NCBI GenBank assembly: GCA_965655625.1
Contig: CBFHHA010000002.1
Location: forward strand, 33,655-97,654
Source of the DNA: Flavobacteriales bacterium
GTDB taxonomy: Bacteria > Bacteroidota > Bacteroidia > Flavobacteriales_D > CAJJDF01
Length of the DNA: 64,000 nt
Direction of reading: 5' to 3'
The notes beneath the pieces are model-generated. The model was not told the origin of the DNA. It did not search any database and saw only the letters and a program-made list of their open reading frames with translations. Below, one piece after another: positions 19,720-28,340 of this stretch. The number at the start of each line of letters is the position of its first letter. The stretch's first letter is position 1. A program made the translations under genes and the position numbers.

Positions 19720-21148
19720 GATGAAACATTTTCTGCAATCATATTGGGAATTTCTGGCTATGTCCCTTGGATTAAGCTTGTTAGTTTTGTTCTCGTTGGA
19801 TCATATTTTTTTTTGGGACACGGTCCAGCTAGGCGCTAAGCATGCTACTTTTTTTTATGAGAATGAGATGGCTTTGCAATTTTTACCCAATGAAATAGAC
19901 AGCGGTCACATTCCCACCTTTGGATATTTATTAGCTCTGCTCTGGACAATTTTTGGAAAAAGCCTGTGGATAAGTCACTTGCTTATTTTGCTATTCGCAT
20001 TGGGTATAGCTTGGCAGCTCAATAAGTTGGCTTTGCGTTTTTTTCAGAAAAAACACGTTTTTTGGGTGTTGCTAATAATCTTGTTAGATACAACAATCCT
20101 AAGTCAAATAAGTTTGGTGTCACCAGATGTGCCGTTACTGTTTTTCTTTCTCTTGGCTATTAATGCTATTTTAAAACAAAACAAATGGCTGATTGCGTTG
20201 GCTTTTGGTTGCTTGTTTCTCATTAGTTTGAGAGGAATGATTCTCACTGTTCCTTTGTTTTTGTTCGAAATTATGGGGCTTTGGAAGAGGAATACGAATT
20301 GGAAAAATAAGCTCATGCAGTTAGTAAAAACAGGAATTCCCTACTTGCCTGCCGCGCTTATTTTTATTGTATTTAGCTATTATCATTACACGCAGAAAGG
20401 TTGGATTGGCTATCATGAAAACTCACCCTGGGCGGTATTTTTCGAAAAAGTAAATTTCCAGGGAATGGTAAAAAACACGCTAATTTATGGGTGGCGAATT
20501 CTAGATTTTGGTCGATTGTTTATTTGGTTTGTGGGAATAGTCTCCTTAGTTTTTATAGGTTTTAGTCAAGCCAAAAAATCAGTGAAATTTAACCAATTGC
20601 TTCTATTGTTTGTGTTGATTGTAAGTTTCTTGGCAATTCCGGCCGTGTTGTACACCGATTTAAAAGGACACCGATATTTCATGCCTGTTTACCTCTCTTT
20701 TTCTTTGTTGGTTCTTTTCGTGTTGCTCGAGATGAATCGATCAGAAAAATGGAAAAAAATGGGACTCTCAATCGCAATCATTGGGTTGGTTTCCGGAAGT
20801 TTTTGGGTGTATCCCAAAAGGATAGCTCAGGGATGGGATTCCACTCTGGCTCACTTTCCTTATTACTCAATGCGCCAATCAATGATTCATTTTATGAATG
20901 AAAATAAACTGGACAAAGAACAAATAGGTTTTGATTTCCCAGGAGCATACCCACAAAAATTTATAGACCTTTCTGAAGAGGAATGGTCTTTTCCCGAGGT
21001 GGATTTTAAGTCTCAAAAGTACATTCTTTATTCGAATGTTGTGAATGAATTTACGGATGAAGAGTTGGTAGAGTTAGAGAAAAACTGGCAAGTTATTCAT
21101 CAAGAAACAAGCTTAACAGTTGAAATGATATTGTACAGAAGAAATTAG
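19706..21148 (+). CDS. Polytopic membrane protein, GT-C/GT39-like glycosyltransferase candidate
   Basis: 480-aa multi-TM protein with an FFWDTVQLG first-loop motif. The ATG overlaps the upstream gene by 14 nt; an alternative ATG lies at 19721. Confidence 0.45.
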   Translation: MNQNKMKHFLQSYWEFLAMSLGLSLLVLFSLDHIFFWDTVQLGAKHATFFYENEMALQFLPNEIDSGHIPTFGYLLALLWTIFGKSLWISHLLILLFALGIAWQLNKLALRFFQKKHVFWVLLIILLDTTILSQISLVSPDVPLLFFFLLAINAILKQNKWLIALAFGCLFLISLRGMILTVPLFLFEIMGLWKRNTNWKNKLMQLVKTGIPYLPAALIFIVFSYYHYTQKGWIGYHENSPWAVFFEKVNFQGMVKNTLIYGWRILDFGRLFIWFVGIVSLVFIGFSQAKKSVKFNQLLLLFVLIVSFLAIPAVLYTDLKGHRYFMPVYLSFSLLVLFVLLEMNRSEKWKKMGLSIAIIGLVSGSFWVYPKRIAQGWDSTLAHFPYYSMRQSMIHFMNENKLDKEQIGFDFPGAYPQKFIDLSEEEWSFPEVDFKSQKYILYSNVVNEFTDEELVELEKNWQVIHQETSLTVEMILYRRN

Positions 21149-21220
21149 AAAAAAGAGTGTCAGGTACTTACGTCTTTTTTTTGTATTTTTATTGGATTAA
21201 AATATTTAGTGCTCAAACAA

Positions 21221-21952
21221 ATGGATAGACTTATTTCTTGCATAATTGTAGATGATGATGAAACTTCGAGGTTCGTCTTGTCGAATCTCGTTAAAAAAAA
21301 CGGCTCACTCAATTTGTTAAAAGCTTGCTCAAACGCAATTGATGCTAGAGATGTTGTGAATAAGATGGAAGTAGATCTTATGCTGTTGGACATTGAAATG
21401 CCCTATGAAAACGGTTTGGATATGTTGGAGAAAATGAAAACTAGGCCCCATATAATTTTTATCACGTCTAAAACCAATCATGCCATCAAGGCATTTGAAT
21501 TTGATGCAGTTGACTACATTGTAAAACCAGCCACATTCGGAAGATTAAATAGTGCTGTAGAAAAAGTAAAAAGAAGGGTATTTAGTACACAAGTTAATGA
21601 GTCGTTGGAGTCGGATGATGAATTTATTTTAATTAAAAAAAATAGAGAAACTCAAAAAATTCCCTACCGAAATGTTGAATATATTGAAGGTTCGAGCAGT
21701 TATATAACTTATTTCAGGACAGATGGTAAAATGACCACCACCGGAATATTAAAACAAATAGAAGAGACACTAGATTCAGATGTTTTTACAAGAATTCATA
21801 GATCTTTTATCGTTAACATAAGAAAGGTAAGTAAACTTACCGCCCAACAAGTGTTTATTAGAGATAAAAAACTGCCTCTTTCGAGAAAATATAAAAAAGT
21901 AGTAAAAGAACTTTTTGAAAAACATAATGGTCTAAAAATTGGGGATGAATGA
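21221..21952 (+). CDS. LytTR-family response regulator (REC + LytTR)
   Basis: The receiver has DDD, LLDIEMP (phospho-acceptor Asp), ITS and YIVKP. The C-terminal LytTR-type region contains FTRIHRSFIVNI. ATG 21221 is preferred over the GTG at 21209. Confidence 0.85.
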   Translation: MDRLISCIIVDDDETSRFVLSNLVKKNGSLNLLKACSNAIDARDVVNKMEVDLMLLDIEMPYENGLDMLEKMKTRPHIIFITSKTNHAIKAFEFDAVDYIVKPATFGRLNSAVEKVKRRVFSTQVNESLESDDEFILIKKNRETQKIPYRNVEYIEGSSSYITYFRTDGKMTTTGILKQIEETLDSDVFTRIHRSFIVNIRKVSKLTAQQVFIRDKKLPLSRKYKKVVKELFEKHNGLKIGDE

Positions 21953-22037
21953 AAGTAGAATTAGCTGACAAATTATGTAAATTTACACGTTCAATTCGCA
22001 GTTAATTGGGAATTTCAGTACAGATTGTTCGGATGCA

Positions 22038-22391
22038 ATGGACAGTATTAAAGTAGAACTCATGATTAAGAAAAGTGTAGAAAAAGAATTGAGCAGTGAT
22101 ATTTTTGTGCAGGCACTTGAGATATTCTTGAGTAATGCTGAAAAAGATTTTGTTTTAATGAATTTATACATTGAAGCTCAAGACTATTTGAATGCTAAAG
22201 AGTTGAGCCATAAATTGATAGGGAGTTGTGAGGCGGTAGGAATTAAAAAACTACCTAAATTATTAAGAGAGTTAGACACCAATTTAAAGACGCGATATGT
22301 CCGAAAGGATATGTTAGGAGCCATTAATGACGTTTACGAGGAAGTAAAATCCTTTCTTAAGAAGGAATATTTAATCGAAATTCAGGATTAA
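22038..22391 (+). CDS. Stand-alone Hpt (histidine phosphotransfer) domain protein
   Basis: 117-aa helical protein with SHKLIGSCEAVG, matching the Hpt H-x-L-K-G-S signature. The His codon is at 22209-22211. Confidence 0.6.
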   Translation: MDSIKVELMIKKSVEKELSSDIFVQALEIFLSNAEKDFVLMNLYIEAQDYLNAKELSHKLIGSCEAVGIKKLPKLLRELDTNLKTRYVRKDMLGAINDVYEEVKSFLKKEYLIEIQD

Positions 22392-22449
22392 TTTGGAAAC
22401 CAACCCATAAAATTTTAGTTACTTTGAATTGAAAAATTCATCAACCACT

Positions 22450-23418
22450 ATGGCAAGAATACTTACCGGAATACAAAGCACAGGAACACCACATCTTGGA
22501 AATTTGTTGGGAGCTATCATTCCAGCAATTGAAATGGCAAAAAATGAAGAAAATGAATCTTTTTTGTTTATTGCGAATTTGCATACACTCACCCAAATAA
22601 AAGAGGGAGAAACATTAAAAAACAATACATTAGAAACTGCTGCTGCCTGGTTAGCTTTTGGGTTGGATGTAAACAAAACGGTGTTCTATCGCCAAAGTGA
22701 TATTCCTCAAGTAACCGAACTTACTTGGTATCTCAATTGTTTTTTTCCGTATCAAAGACTCAAATTGGCTCATTCGTTCAAAGATAAAGCCGACAGATTA
22801 GAGGACGTAAATGCAGGTTTGTTTGATTATCCTATGTTGATGGCAGCAGATATCTTAATGTATGAAGCAGAAATTGTTCCGGTAGGTAAAGATCAAATGC
22901 AGCACATAGAAATCACAAGAGATGTCGCTAGCCGATTCAATAATCAAATGGGAGAAACACTTGTTCTGCCTCAAGGAAAAGTAAGTGAAAATACCATGCT
23001 TGTACCCGGAACAAATGGAGGGAAAATGAGCAAGTCTCAAGGCAACATTATCAATATTTTCTTGGCAGATAAGAAGTTACGAAAACAAATTATGACCATC
23101 GAAACGGACAGCACACCGCTAGAGGATCCAAAAAATCCTGATACATGTAATTGTTTTGCGATATATAAATTACTGGCAAACGAAGAGCAAACAGCAGAAA
23201 TGCGAAAAAACTACGAGTCTGGTGGTTACGGTTACGGACATGCAAAACAAGCTTTATTTGAATTGATTGTAGAAAAATTTAAAACCGAAAGAGAGCAGTT
23301 TAACTACTACATCGACAATCCACATTTGGTGGAAGAGCAACTAATGATTGGGGCGGAAAAAGCAAGAAAAATCGCCAATGAAGTTTTGGCGAATGTGAGA
23401 GTTAAGTTGGGGTATTAA
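22450..23418 (+). CDS. trpS: Tryptophan--tRNA ligase
   Basis: TGIQSTGTPHLGNLLGA (HIGH-like) and GGKMSKSQGN (KMSKS). ATG 22450 is preferred over TTG 22429. Confidence 0.92.
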   Translation: MARILTGIQSTGTPHLGNLLGAIIPAIEMAKNEENESFLFIANLHTLTQIKEGETLKNNTLETAAAWLAFGLDVNKTVFYRQSDIPQVTELTWYLNCFFPYQRLKLAHSFKDKADRLEDVNAGLFDYPMLMAADILMYEAEIVPVGKDQMQHIEITRDVASRFNNQMGETLVLPQGKVSENTMLVPGTNGGKMSKSQGNIINIFLADKKLRKQIMTIETDSTPLEDPKNPDTCNCFAIYKLLANEEQTAEMRKNYESGGYGYGHAKQALFELIVEKFKTEREQFNYYIDNPHLVEEQLMIGAEKARKIANEVLANVRVKLGY

Positions 23419-23429
23419 TTTATACTTTT

Positions 23430-23712
23430 CCTTCTTGAGAGCTTCTCCCGACCTGTCTTTCGGGAAGGGTAAGAGAGGTGACTTTTATCTGTCATTCCCC
23501 ACTTGATGCGGAATCTAAAGTTGATACAGATGAAGTTATTACACAACAAATTCTAAATCAAGTTCAGGATGACTGCCTTTCTCTTATTTACTTGTGAACT
23601 ATCCTTGTTTTAAAATTCCCGCTTTCGCGAGAATGACAAATTCTTTGTTTCAATATACTGACAAACCTGAACCCTGAATTCAGCCAAAGGAAGAGCATCG
23701 AACGGGTGACTT
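23430..23712. repeat. Composite array of GC-richer hairpin (REP/MITE-like) elements in the convergent trpS/rnhA gap
   Basis: Hairpins: 23446-23465 (TCCCGA/TCGGGA), 23494-23514 (ATTCCCC-ACTTGAT-GCGGAAT), 23615-23634 (ATTCCCGC-TTTC-GCGAGAAT), and the perfect palindrome CTGAATTCAG at 23674-23683. The 8-mer ggtgactt occurs at 23477 and 23705. Confidence 0.6.
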
Positions 23713-23715
23713 AAT

Positions 23716-24195
23716 TTAAAACAATCCTTTCTCCTCTTTCTGAGAATCTTCGTACCCTTTGTCAACTAATAAGTCTGTGCCATGGGCTGCAGAAACAGCC
23801 AATTGATCGCATACTTCGTTATACCTGTTTCCGGCATGACCTTTTACCCAGATGAATTCAACGTGGTGTTTGGGATAAATTTCTAAAAAACGCTTCCATA
23901 AATCCGCATTTTTTTTCCCTTTGAAGTTCTTTTTTACCCAGCCAAACACCCATTTTTTTTCTACTGCATCCACCACATACTTACTGTCAGAATAAATTTT
24001 GACCGAATATCCAGGTTTTTTTAGTTTTTCTAACCCAACAATTACACTGAGTAATTCCATTCTATTGTTGGTGGTATGTCGGTATCCTTCTTTAAATTCC
24101 TTGTAGTGTTTTCCCGCCATGAGAACAATTCCGTAACCTCCTGGACCCGGGTTTCCCAAAGCCGAACCATCTGTATACATTTTTATGTGACTCAT
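23716..24195 (-). CDS. rnhA: Ribonuclease HI
   Basis: MYTDGSALGNPGPGGYG N-terminus, 159 aa. The start overlaps the purN stop by 4 nt. Confidence 0.9.
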   Translation of the reverse strand: MSHIKMYTDGSALGNPGPGGYGIVLMAGKHYKEFKEGYRHTTNNRMELLSVIVGLEKLKKPGYSVKIYSDSKYVVDAVEKKWVFGWVKKNFKGKKNADLWKRFLEIYPKHHVEFIWVKGHAGNRYNEVCDQLAVSAAHGTDLLVDKGYEDSQKEEKGLF

Positions 24196-24764
24196 TCGGC
24201 AAGTAATTGATCTATAACTTCTGTAAAATGCTCGCGTTCAAGTTTTTGAATTTTTGCTTGTAAATCCTCCCAAGAATCTGTAGGCGATACAAGGCAATCG
24301 AATTGAGCAATAATATTGCCTTCGTCATAGTGTTCGTTCACGTAATGAAATGTAATACCCGATTTACTCTCCCCGGCTTCAATTACTGCCTTATGCACAT
24401 GTTTTCCGTACATTCCCTTTCCACCAAATTTGGGAAGAAGCGCAGGATGAACATTTATTATTTTATTTTGGAATGTGACTGTGAGTGATTTCGGAATTTT
24501 TATTAAAAATCCCGCTAACACAATAAGGTCTGGGTTTAGCAACGAAGCTAATTCCTCTACTCGGCCATTTTCCAATTCCTCTTTGTTGAATGAGACTGTA
24601 TTTACTCCAGCTTTTTGTGCGTTTTCAATTGCCAAGCATTTTTCCTTATTCGAGAAAACAGCCTCAATCGACACATCTGAACGAGAATCAAAATGGGAAA
24701 TAAGATTGCTCATATTCGAGCCATTTCCGGAGACAAAAATGAGGATGTTTTTCGCTTTTTTCAT
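24192..24764 (-). CDS. purN: Phosphoribosylglycinamide formyltransferase
   Basis: VSGNGSNMSNLI and NVHPALLPKFGGKGMYG motifs, 190 aa. Confidence 0.9.
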   Translation of the reverse strand: MKKAKNILIFVSGNGSNMSNLISHFDSRSDVSIEAVFSNKEKCLAIENAQKAGVNTVSFNKEELENGRVEELASLLNPDLIVLAGFLIKIPKSLTVTFQNKIINVHPALLPKFGGKGMYGKHVHKAVIEAGESKSGITFHYVNEHYDEGNIIAQFDCLVSPTDSWEDLQAKIQKLEREHFTEVIDQLLAE

Positions 24765-24802
24765 GAAATTTTGACTAGAAAAAGGATTTTTAGAATAGGG
24801 AG

Positions 24803-24810
24803 TATTTTTG
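24803..24810 (+). promoter_or_regulatory. Candidate -7 box (TAttTTTG) upstream of yebC-family gene
   Basis: tatttttg matches TAnnTTTG, 70 nt upstream of ATG 24881. Confidence 0.3.
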
Positions 24811-24880
24811 TAACTTTATCGCCCAAAGATAAGGGATTATTCACATTCTGCCTAAGGTCAGATTATAAATAAACAGAAAG

Positions 24881-25642
24881 ATGTCAGGACACAGTAAATG
24901 GTCAACCATTAAGCACAAAAAAGGAGCGAAAGATGCGAAGAGAGGAAAAATTTTCACTCGGATTATCAAAGAAATTACTATCGCAGCGAGAGATGGCGGT
25001 GCAGATCCTGATACAAACCCTTCATTAAGAGTAGCAATACAGAATGCCAAAGGAGCCAACATGCCCAAAGACACAATGGAGCGTGCGATCAAAAAAGGTT
25101 CTGGTGACGATGCAGCCGATCTGCAAGAATACACGTTTGAAGGATATGCATCCAACGGAATTGCGGTATTTGTAGAAGCAACTTCCGATAATAACAACAG
25201 AGTAGTGGCAAATGTAAGGGCGGTTTTTAGCAAATATGGCGGGGAACTCGGGACACACGGTTCTCTTTCATTCATGTTCGATAGAAAAGGAGTATTTACA
25301 ATCGACAAGGAGCTCCTCAAAGATTGGGAGCTAGAAGATTTAGAATTTGAATTGATTGATGCAGGCTTGGAAGAAATAGATGTGCAAGAGGAAGATGCAT
25401 TGATTTACACCTCGTTTGATAGTTATGGAGACATGCAAAAAAAGTTGGACGAAATGAAGATTGAAGTGAAGACAACTGAGCTTCAACGAATACCAACAAC
25501 CACGATGGCTTTGGACGTAGAAAAAGCAAAATCTGTTTTAAAACTAATCGAGAAAATGGAGGAAGATGACGATGTGAATGTGGTGTACCACACCCTAGAA
25601 ATGACAGATGAATTAGCTGCTGCTTTGGAGGCGGAGGGTTGA
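24881..25642 (+). CDS. YebC/PmpR-family DNA-binding transcriptional regulator
   Basis: MSGHSKWSTIKHKKGAKDAKRGKIFT N-terminus is diagnostic of the family; 253 aa. Confidence 0.92.
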   Translation: MSGHSKWSTIKHKKGAKDAKRGKIFTRIIKEITIAARDGGADPDTNPSLRVAIQNAKGANMPKDTMERAIKKGSGDDAADLQEYTFEGYASNGIAVFVEATSDNNNRVVANVRAVFSKYGGELGTHGSLSFMFDRKGVFTIDKELLKDWELEDLEFELIDAGLEEIDVQEEDALIYTSFDSYGDMQKKLDEMKIEVKTTELQRIPTTTMALDVEKAKSVLKLIEKMEEDDDVNVVYHTLEMTDELAAALEAEG

Positions 25643-25662
25643 TTTATTTCTTAAACATTAAA

Positions 25663-25938
25663 ATGAAACCGATTAGAGAATTTCCAATGAGTATTATTTG
25701 CTCCTATAAAGGAGAAAGTAATCTGGATGAAACATTAGATGATCATATCACATGTCTAATCGGGAAGTATTTCTGTGAAAACAAAATTGAATATAAAATT
25801 TTGGATTTGAATTGTGTGAAACCAAGGCCAAATATTAATGATGAACTTATTCAATATAAAGTAGAAATGAATGTGAATTTAATTGATGTTAAAATTGATT
25901 CGATTCAAAAAGAATTAGAAAACTTTAAAAGAGGATGA
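25663..25938 (+). CDS. Hypothetical protein (orphan-looking)
   Basis: An ORF of 91 codons from ATG 25663 (the track starts at TTG 25639, overlapping the yebC-family stop). I recognise no motif. A hairpin terminator lies about 150 nt downstream. Confidence 0.3.
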   Translation: MKPIREFPMSIICSYKGESNLDETLDDHITCLIGKYFCENKIEYKILDLNCVKPRPNINDELIQYKVEMNVNLIDVKIDSIQKELENFKRG

Positions 25939-26030
25939 ACGATAAAATTTGGAAGATCATAAAATTTTATGTGCTGATGAATTCACTGCGGATATCTTAT
26001 GTCGTGGAAAAATAAATAAAAAATAGCAGG

Positions 26031-26109
26031 CATTTCGCACTTGATGCGGAACCTGTCAACAGGTATTGAACCCATTTGTAAAAAGACCCTGAATCATGTT
26101 CAGGGAGTC
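26031..26109. repeat. Second hairpin-repeat cluster; shares a 24-nt core with 23493-23516
   Basis: 26031-26054 (catttcgcacttgatgcggaacct) versus 23493-23516 (cattccccacttgatgcggaatct) is 21 of 24 identical. The cluster also has the palindrome CCTGTCAACAGG and the hairpin GACCCTGAA-tcatg-TTCAGGGAGTC at 26085-26109. Confidence 0.6.
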
Positions 26110-26121
26110 TAAGTTTTTTTT
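26085..26121 (+). terminator. Rho-independent terminator candidate (hairpin plus T-run)
   Basis: The CCCTGAA/TTCAGGG stem is followed by T8 at 26114-26121. Confidence 0.5.
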
Positions 26122-26135
26122 ACTATTTATAAAAG

Positions 26136-27320
26136 CTACTGAACCCCATCAAAAACCTCACGAATAACCTCGCAAACCTCTCTAATTTCCTTCATAGAAA
26201 TAGTAAGCGGAGGAGCTAAGCGGAAACTCGCTGGGCAAGACAAAAACCAAAAAGTGATAATGCCTTTTTCCATGCAGGCCTCTACGACTTTCTGAGTAAT
26301 TTCTTCACTTTCGAGGTCAATCGCAAACATCAATCCTATTTGCCTAATTTCTTTTACCAAGGAATGAACCAGCAGTTCTTTCATCAAAGCTCCCTTTTTG
26401 TGCACGTCAGTCACCAGATTTTCTTCCTGAATTACTTCAATATTAGCAACCGCAGCAGCACAATTTACTGGGTGCCCGCCAAAAGTGGTAATATGACCCA
26501 GCATAGGATTATTGGTCAAACAATCCATAATTTCTTTACTCGAAACGAACGCCCCAATGGGCATTCCGCCACCAAGCGCTTTGGCAATTACCAAAATATC
26601 AGGGGCAATTCCATATTGCTCAAAAGCAAAAAAGCTTCCTGTTCGTCCAAACCCAGTTTGGATTTCATCCAGAATTAATAAAGTTCCAGTTTCGGTACAT
26701 TTTTCTCTCAATCTTTGGAGGTAACACAATTCGGGAATTCGAACTCCAGCATCGCCTTGCACGGTTTCGATAATGACACAAGCTGTTTTTTTAGTAATCT
26801 TATCTAAATCAGCCAATTCATTGAAGGTAATAAAGTTTACTTCTGGCAAAAGCGGTTTAAAAGCAGATTGCTTCACCGGATTTCCTGAAACAGAAAGTGC
26901 TCCATGCGTGCTTCCATGATACGATTTGTGGCAGGCGATTATTTCTTTTCTTCCTGTATGTCTTTTAGCCAATTTAAGAGCGCCTTCCACAGCTTCGGCT
27001 CCCGAGTTTACGAAATAACTAGTAGTTAAATTATCGGGTAAGATTTCATTTAATTTTTCCGCTAACTTTAGTTGCGGAGTTTGAATAAATTCCCCGTAAG
27101 GCATTACGTGTAAGTGGGTATCAACTTGTTTTTTTATCGCCTCAATTACTTTGGGATGTCGGTGCCCTATGTTCGTTACAGCCAATCCCGAAACTAAGTC
27201 ATAGTAAGTTTTTCCTTGTGTGTCGTAAATGAACAAACCTTCCGCACTTTCTATTTCCAAACCAATAGGAAACGGAGTTGTCTGTGCTTGTAACAAATGG
27301 AAAATTTCTTTGTTCTTCAT
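26136..27320 (-). CDS. Class III (acetylornithine/ornithine-type) PLP aminotransferase
   Basis: DEIQTGFGRTGSFFAFE and the lysine context VIAKALGGG. The internal ATG 27320 (MKNKEIFHLLQ...) is preferred, because the longer ORF to 27380 would start only 12 nt from the upstream terminator. Confidence 0.85.
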   Translation of the reverse strand: MKNKEIFHLLQAQTTPFPIGLEIESAEGLFIYDTQGKTYYDLVSGLAVTNIGHRHPKVIEAIKKQVDTHLHVMPYGEFIQTPQLKLAEKLNEILPDNLTTSYFVNSGAEAVEGALKLAKRHTGRKEIIACHKSYHGSTHGALSVSGNPVKQSAFKPLLPEVNFITFNELADLDKITKKTACVIIETVQGDAGVRIPELCYLQRLREKCTETGTLLILDEIQTGFGRTGSFFAFEQYGIAPDILVIAKALGGGMPIGAFVSSKEIMDCLTNNPMLGHITTFGGHPVNCAAAVANIEVIQEENLVTDVHKKGALMKELLVHSLVKEIRQIGLMFAIDLESEEITQKVVEACMEKGIITFWFLSCPASFRLAPPLTISMKEIREVCEVIREVFDGVQ

Positions 27321-27391
27321 GGAGTAAAAGTAGAACATATTTTTAAAATCAGGAGGTTTTTCAATTCCATTTTCGAGCAAGAAAATTGGAT

Positions 27392-27428
27392 AAAAAAATC
27401 CCTTTTAGCTATTTCAAACCAAAAGGGA
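27392..27428 (-). terminator. Rho-independent terminator of the ECF sigma operon
   Basis: On the minus strand, TCCCTTTT-(14 nt)-AAAAGGGA is followed by T7, beginning about 20 nt after the stop at 27449. Confidence 0.6.
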
Positions 27429-27448
27429 GATTGTTTCTTTGTTTTTAC

Positions 27449-27904
27449 TTACCTGTTAGGATTTTTATCTGTTCTTTTGTGTTCACTTTTTTTTCGTTTA
27501 AAAAGCCTTTTTTCCATGTGGTAAAATTTGGCCAATTTCTTCATCGGAAGTACTTTTTTGAACTTTTCATGATAGTTTTTTTGCAACGTTAAATCTGCCT
27601 GTTTAAACTCAAACCTTTTTTGGATAACTTCCTCTAATTCTTGGTCTGATAACTCGTCCATCCTCTTTTTTGCTTTTCTTTCGGAGGGGAGGTGTTTTTT
27701 TCTGTTTTCTTTTTTGTCTTTTACAAACTGATGATAAAGGGGCAAAAATGCGCTCTGTTCAGCATCGGTTAGTTCCAGTTTTACAATTAAAATACTGTCA
27801 GCTTTTGCAAGCCGATGATTGATATCACGATTTTGTTTTTGAGACATTCCTGTTACTCCAATTAGAGTAAATATTCCTAGTAAGGCTATTTTTATTGTGT
27901 TCAT
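27449..27904 (-). CDS. Secreted helical protein, Spy/CpxP-like candidate, third gene of the ECF sigma operon
   Basis: Signal peptide MNTIKIALLGIFTLIGVTGMSQ, an LELTDAEQSAF motif resembling LTxxQ-type proteins, and a very basic C-terminus. Confidence 0.4.
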   Translation of the reverse strand: MNTIKIALLGIFTLIGVTGMSQKQNRDINHRLAKADSILIVKLELTDAEQSAFLPLYHQFVKDKKENRKKHLPSERKAKKRMDELSDQELEEVIQKRFEFKQADLTLQKNYHEKFKKVLPMKKLAKFYHMEKRLFKRKKSEHKRTDKNPNR

Positions 27905-27936
27905 GTTGATTGATTTTAAGATGAGTATTCATGTTC

Positions 27937-28302
27937 TTATTGATTCTTTGTCGTCATAACAATTTCGTCAAATTCCAGCGACTCTTCTAGTTCCAAATCT
28001 ACCTCCGCAATATCCTCAAAGTATTCGCTTACAGTTAGTTCATCAAATTCATCTTGGGTAGATTGATCATTTTCTCCAAAGAAGACGATAGAAGAAGCAA
28101 TTGCAATAGCGGCAACAGATGCTGCGTACCTGAATACTTTCCCAATCGAAAATACTTTCGTGTTGTTCGATTCATCAACCTTGTTCAGAATTGAATTTTC
28201 TAAAGAGTCAAAGTAGTCAGTTGGCACAGAGAATCCATTTTTACCTTTCAGCCTTGTGAGGTAAGGAAAAGTATCTTCGGTATGTGTTTGTGTCGGTTTC
28301 AT
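27937..28302 (-). CDS. Single-TM protein, possible anti-sigma factor
   Basis: It lies immediately downstream of the ECF sigma gene, with one TM segment (FRYAASVAAIAIASSIVFFG) and an acidic C-terminal tail. There is no zinc anti-sigma motif. Confidence 0.35.
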   Translation of the reverse strand: MKPTQTHTEDTFPYLTRLKGKNGFSVPTDYFDSLENSILNKVDESNNTKVFSIGKVFRYAASVAAIAIASSIVFFGENDQSTQDEFDELTVSEYFEDIAEVDLELEESLEFDEIVMTTKNQ

Positions 28303-28340
28303 TGTAATGTGTTTCTATGACAGTTATTTTGAGTAATGGT

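Noticed and set aside
24841-25320. 159-codon minus-strand ORF
   Set aside because: It is antisense to the unambiguous YebC-family gene, so it is a shadow ORF.
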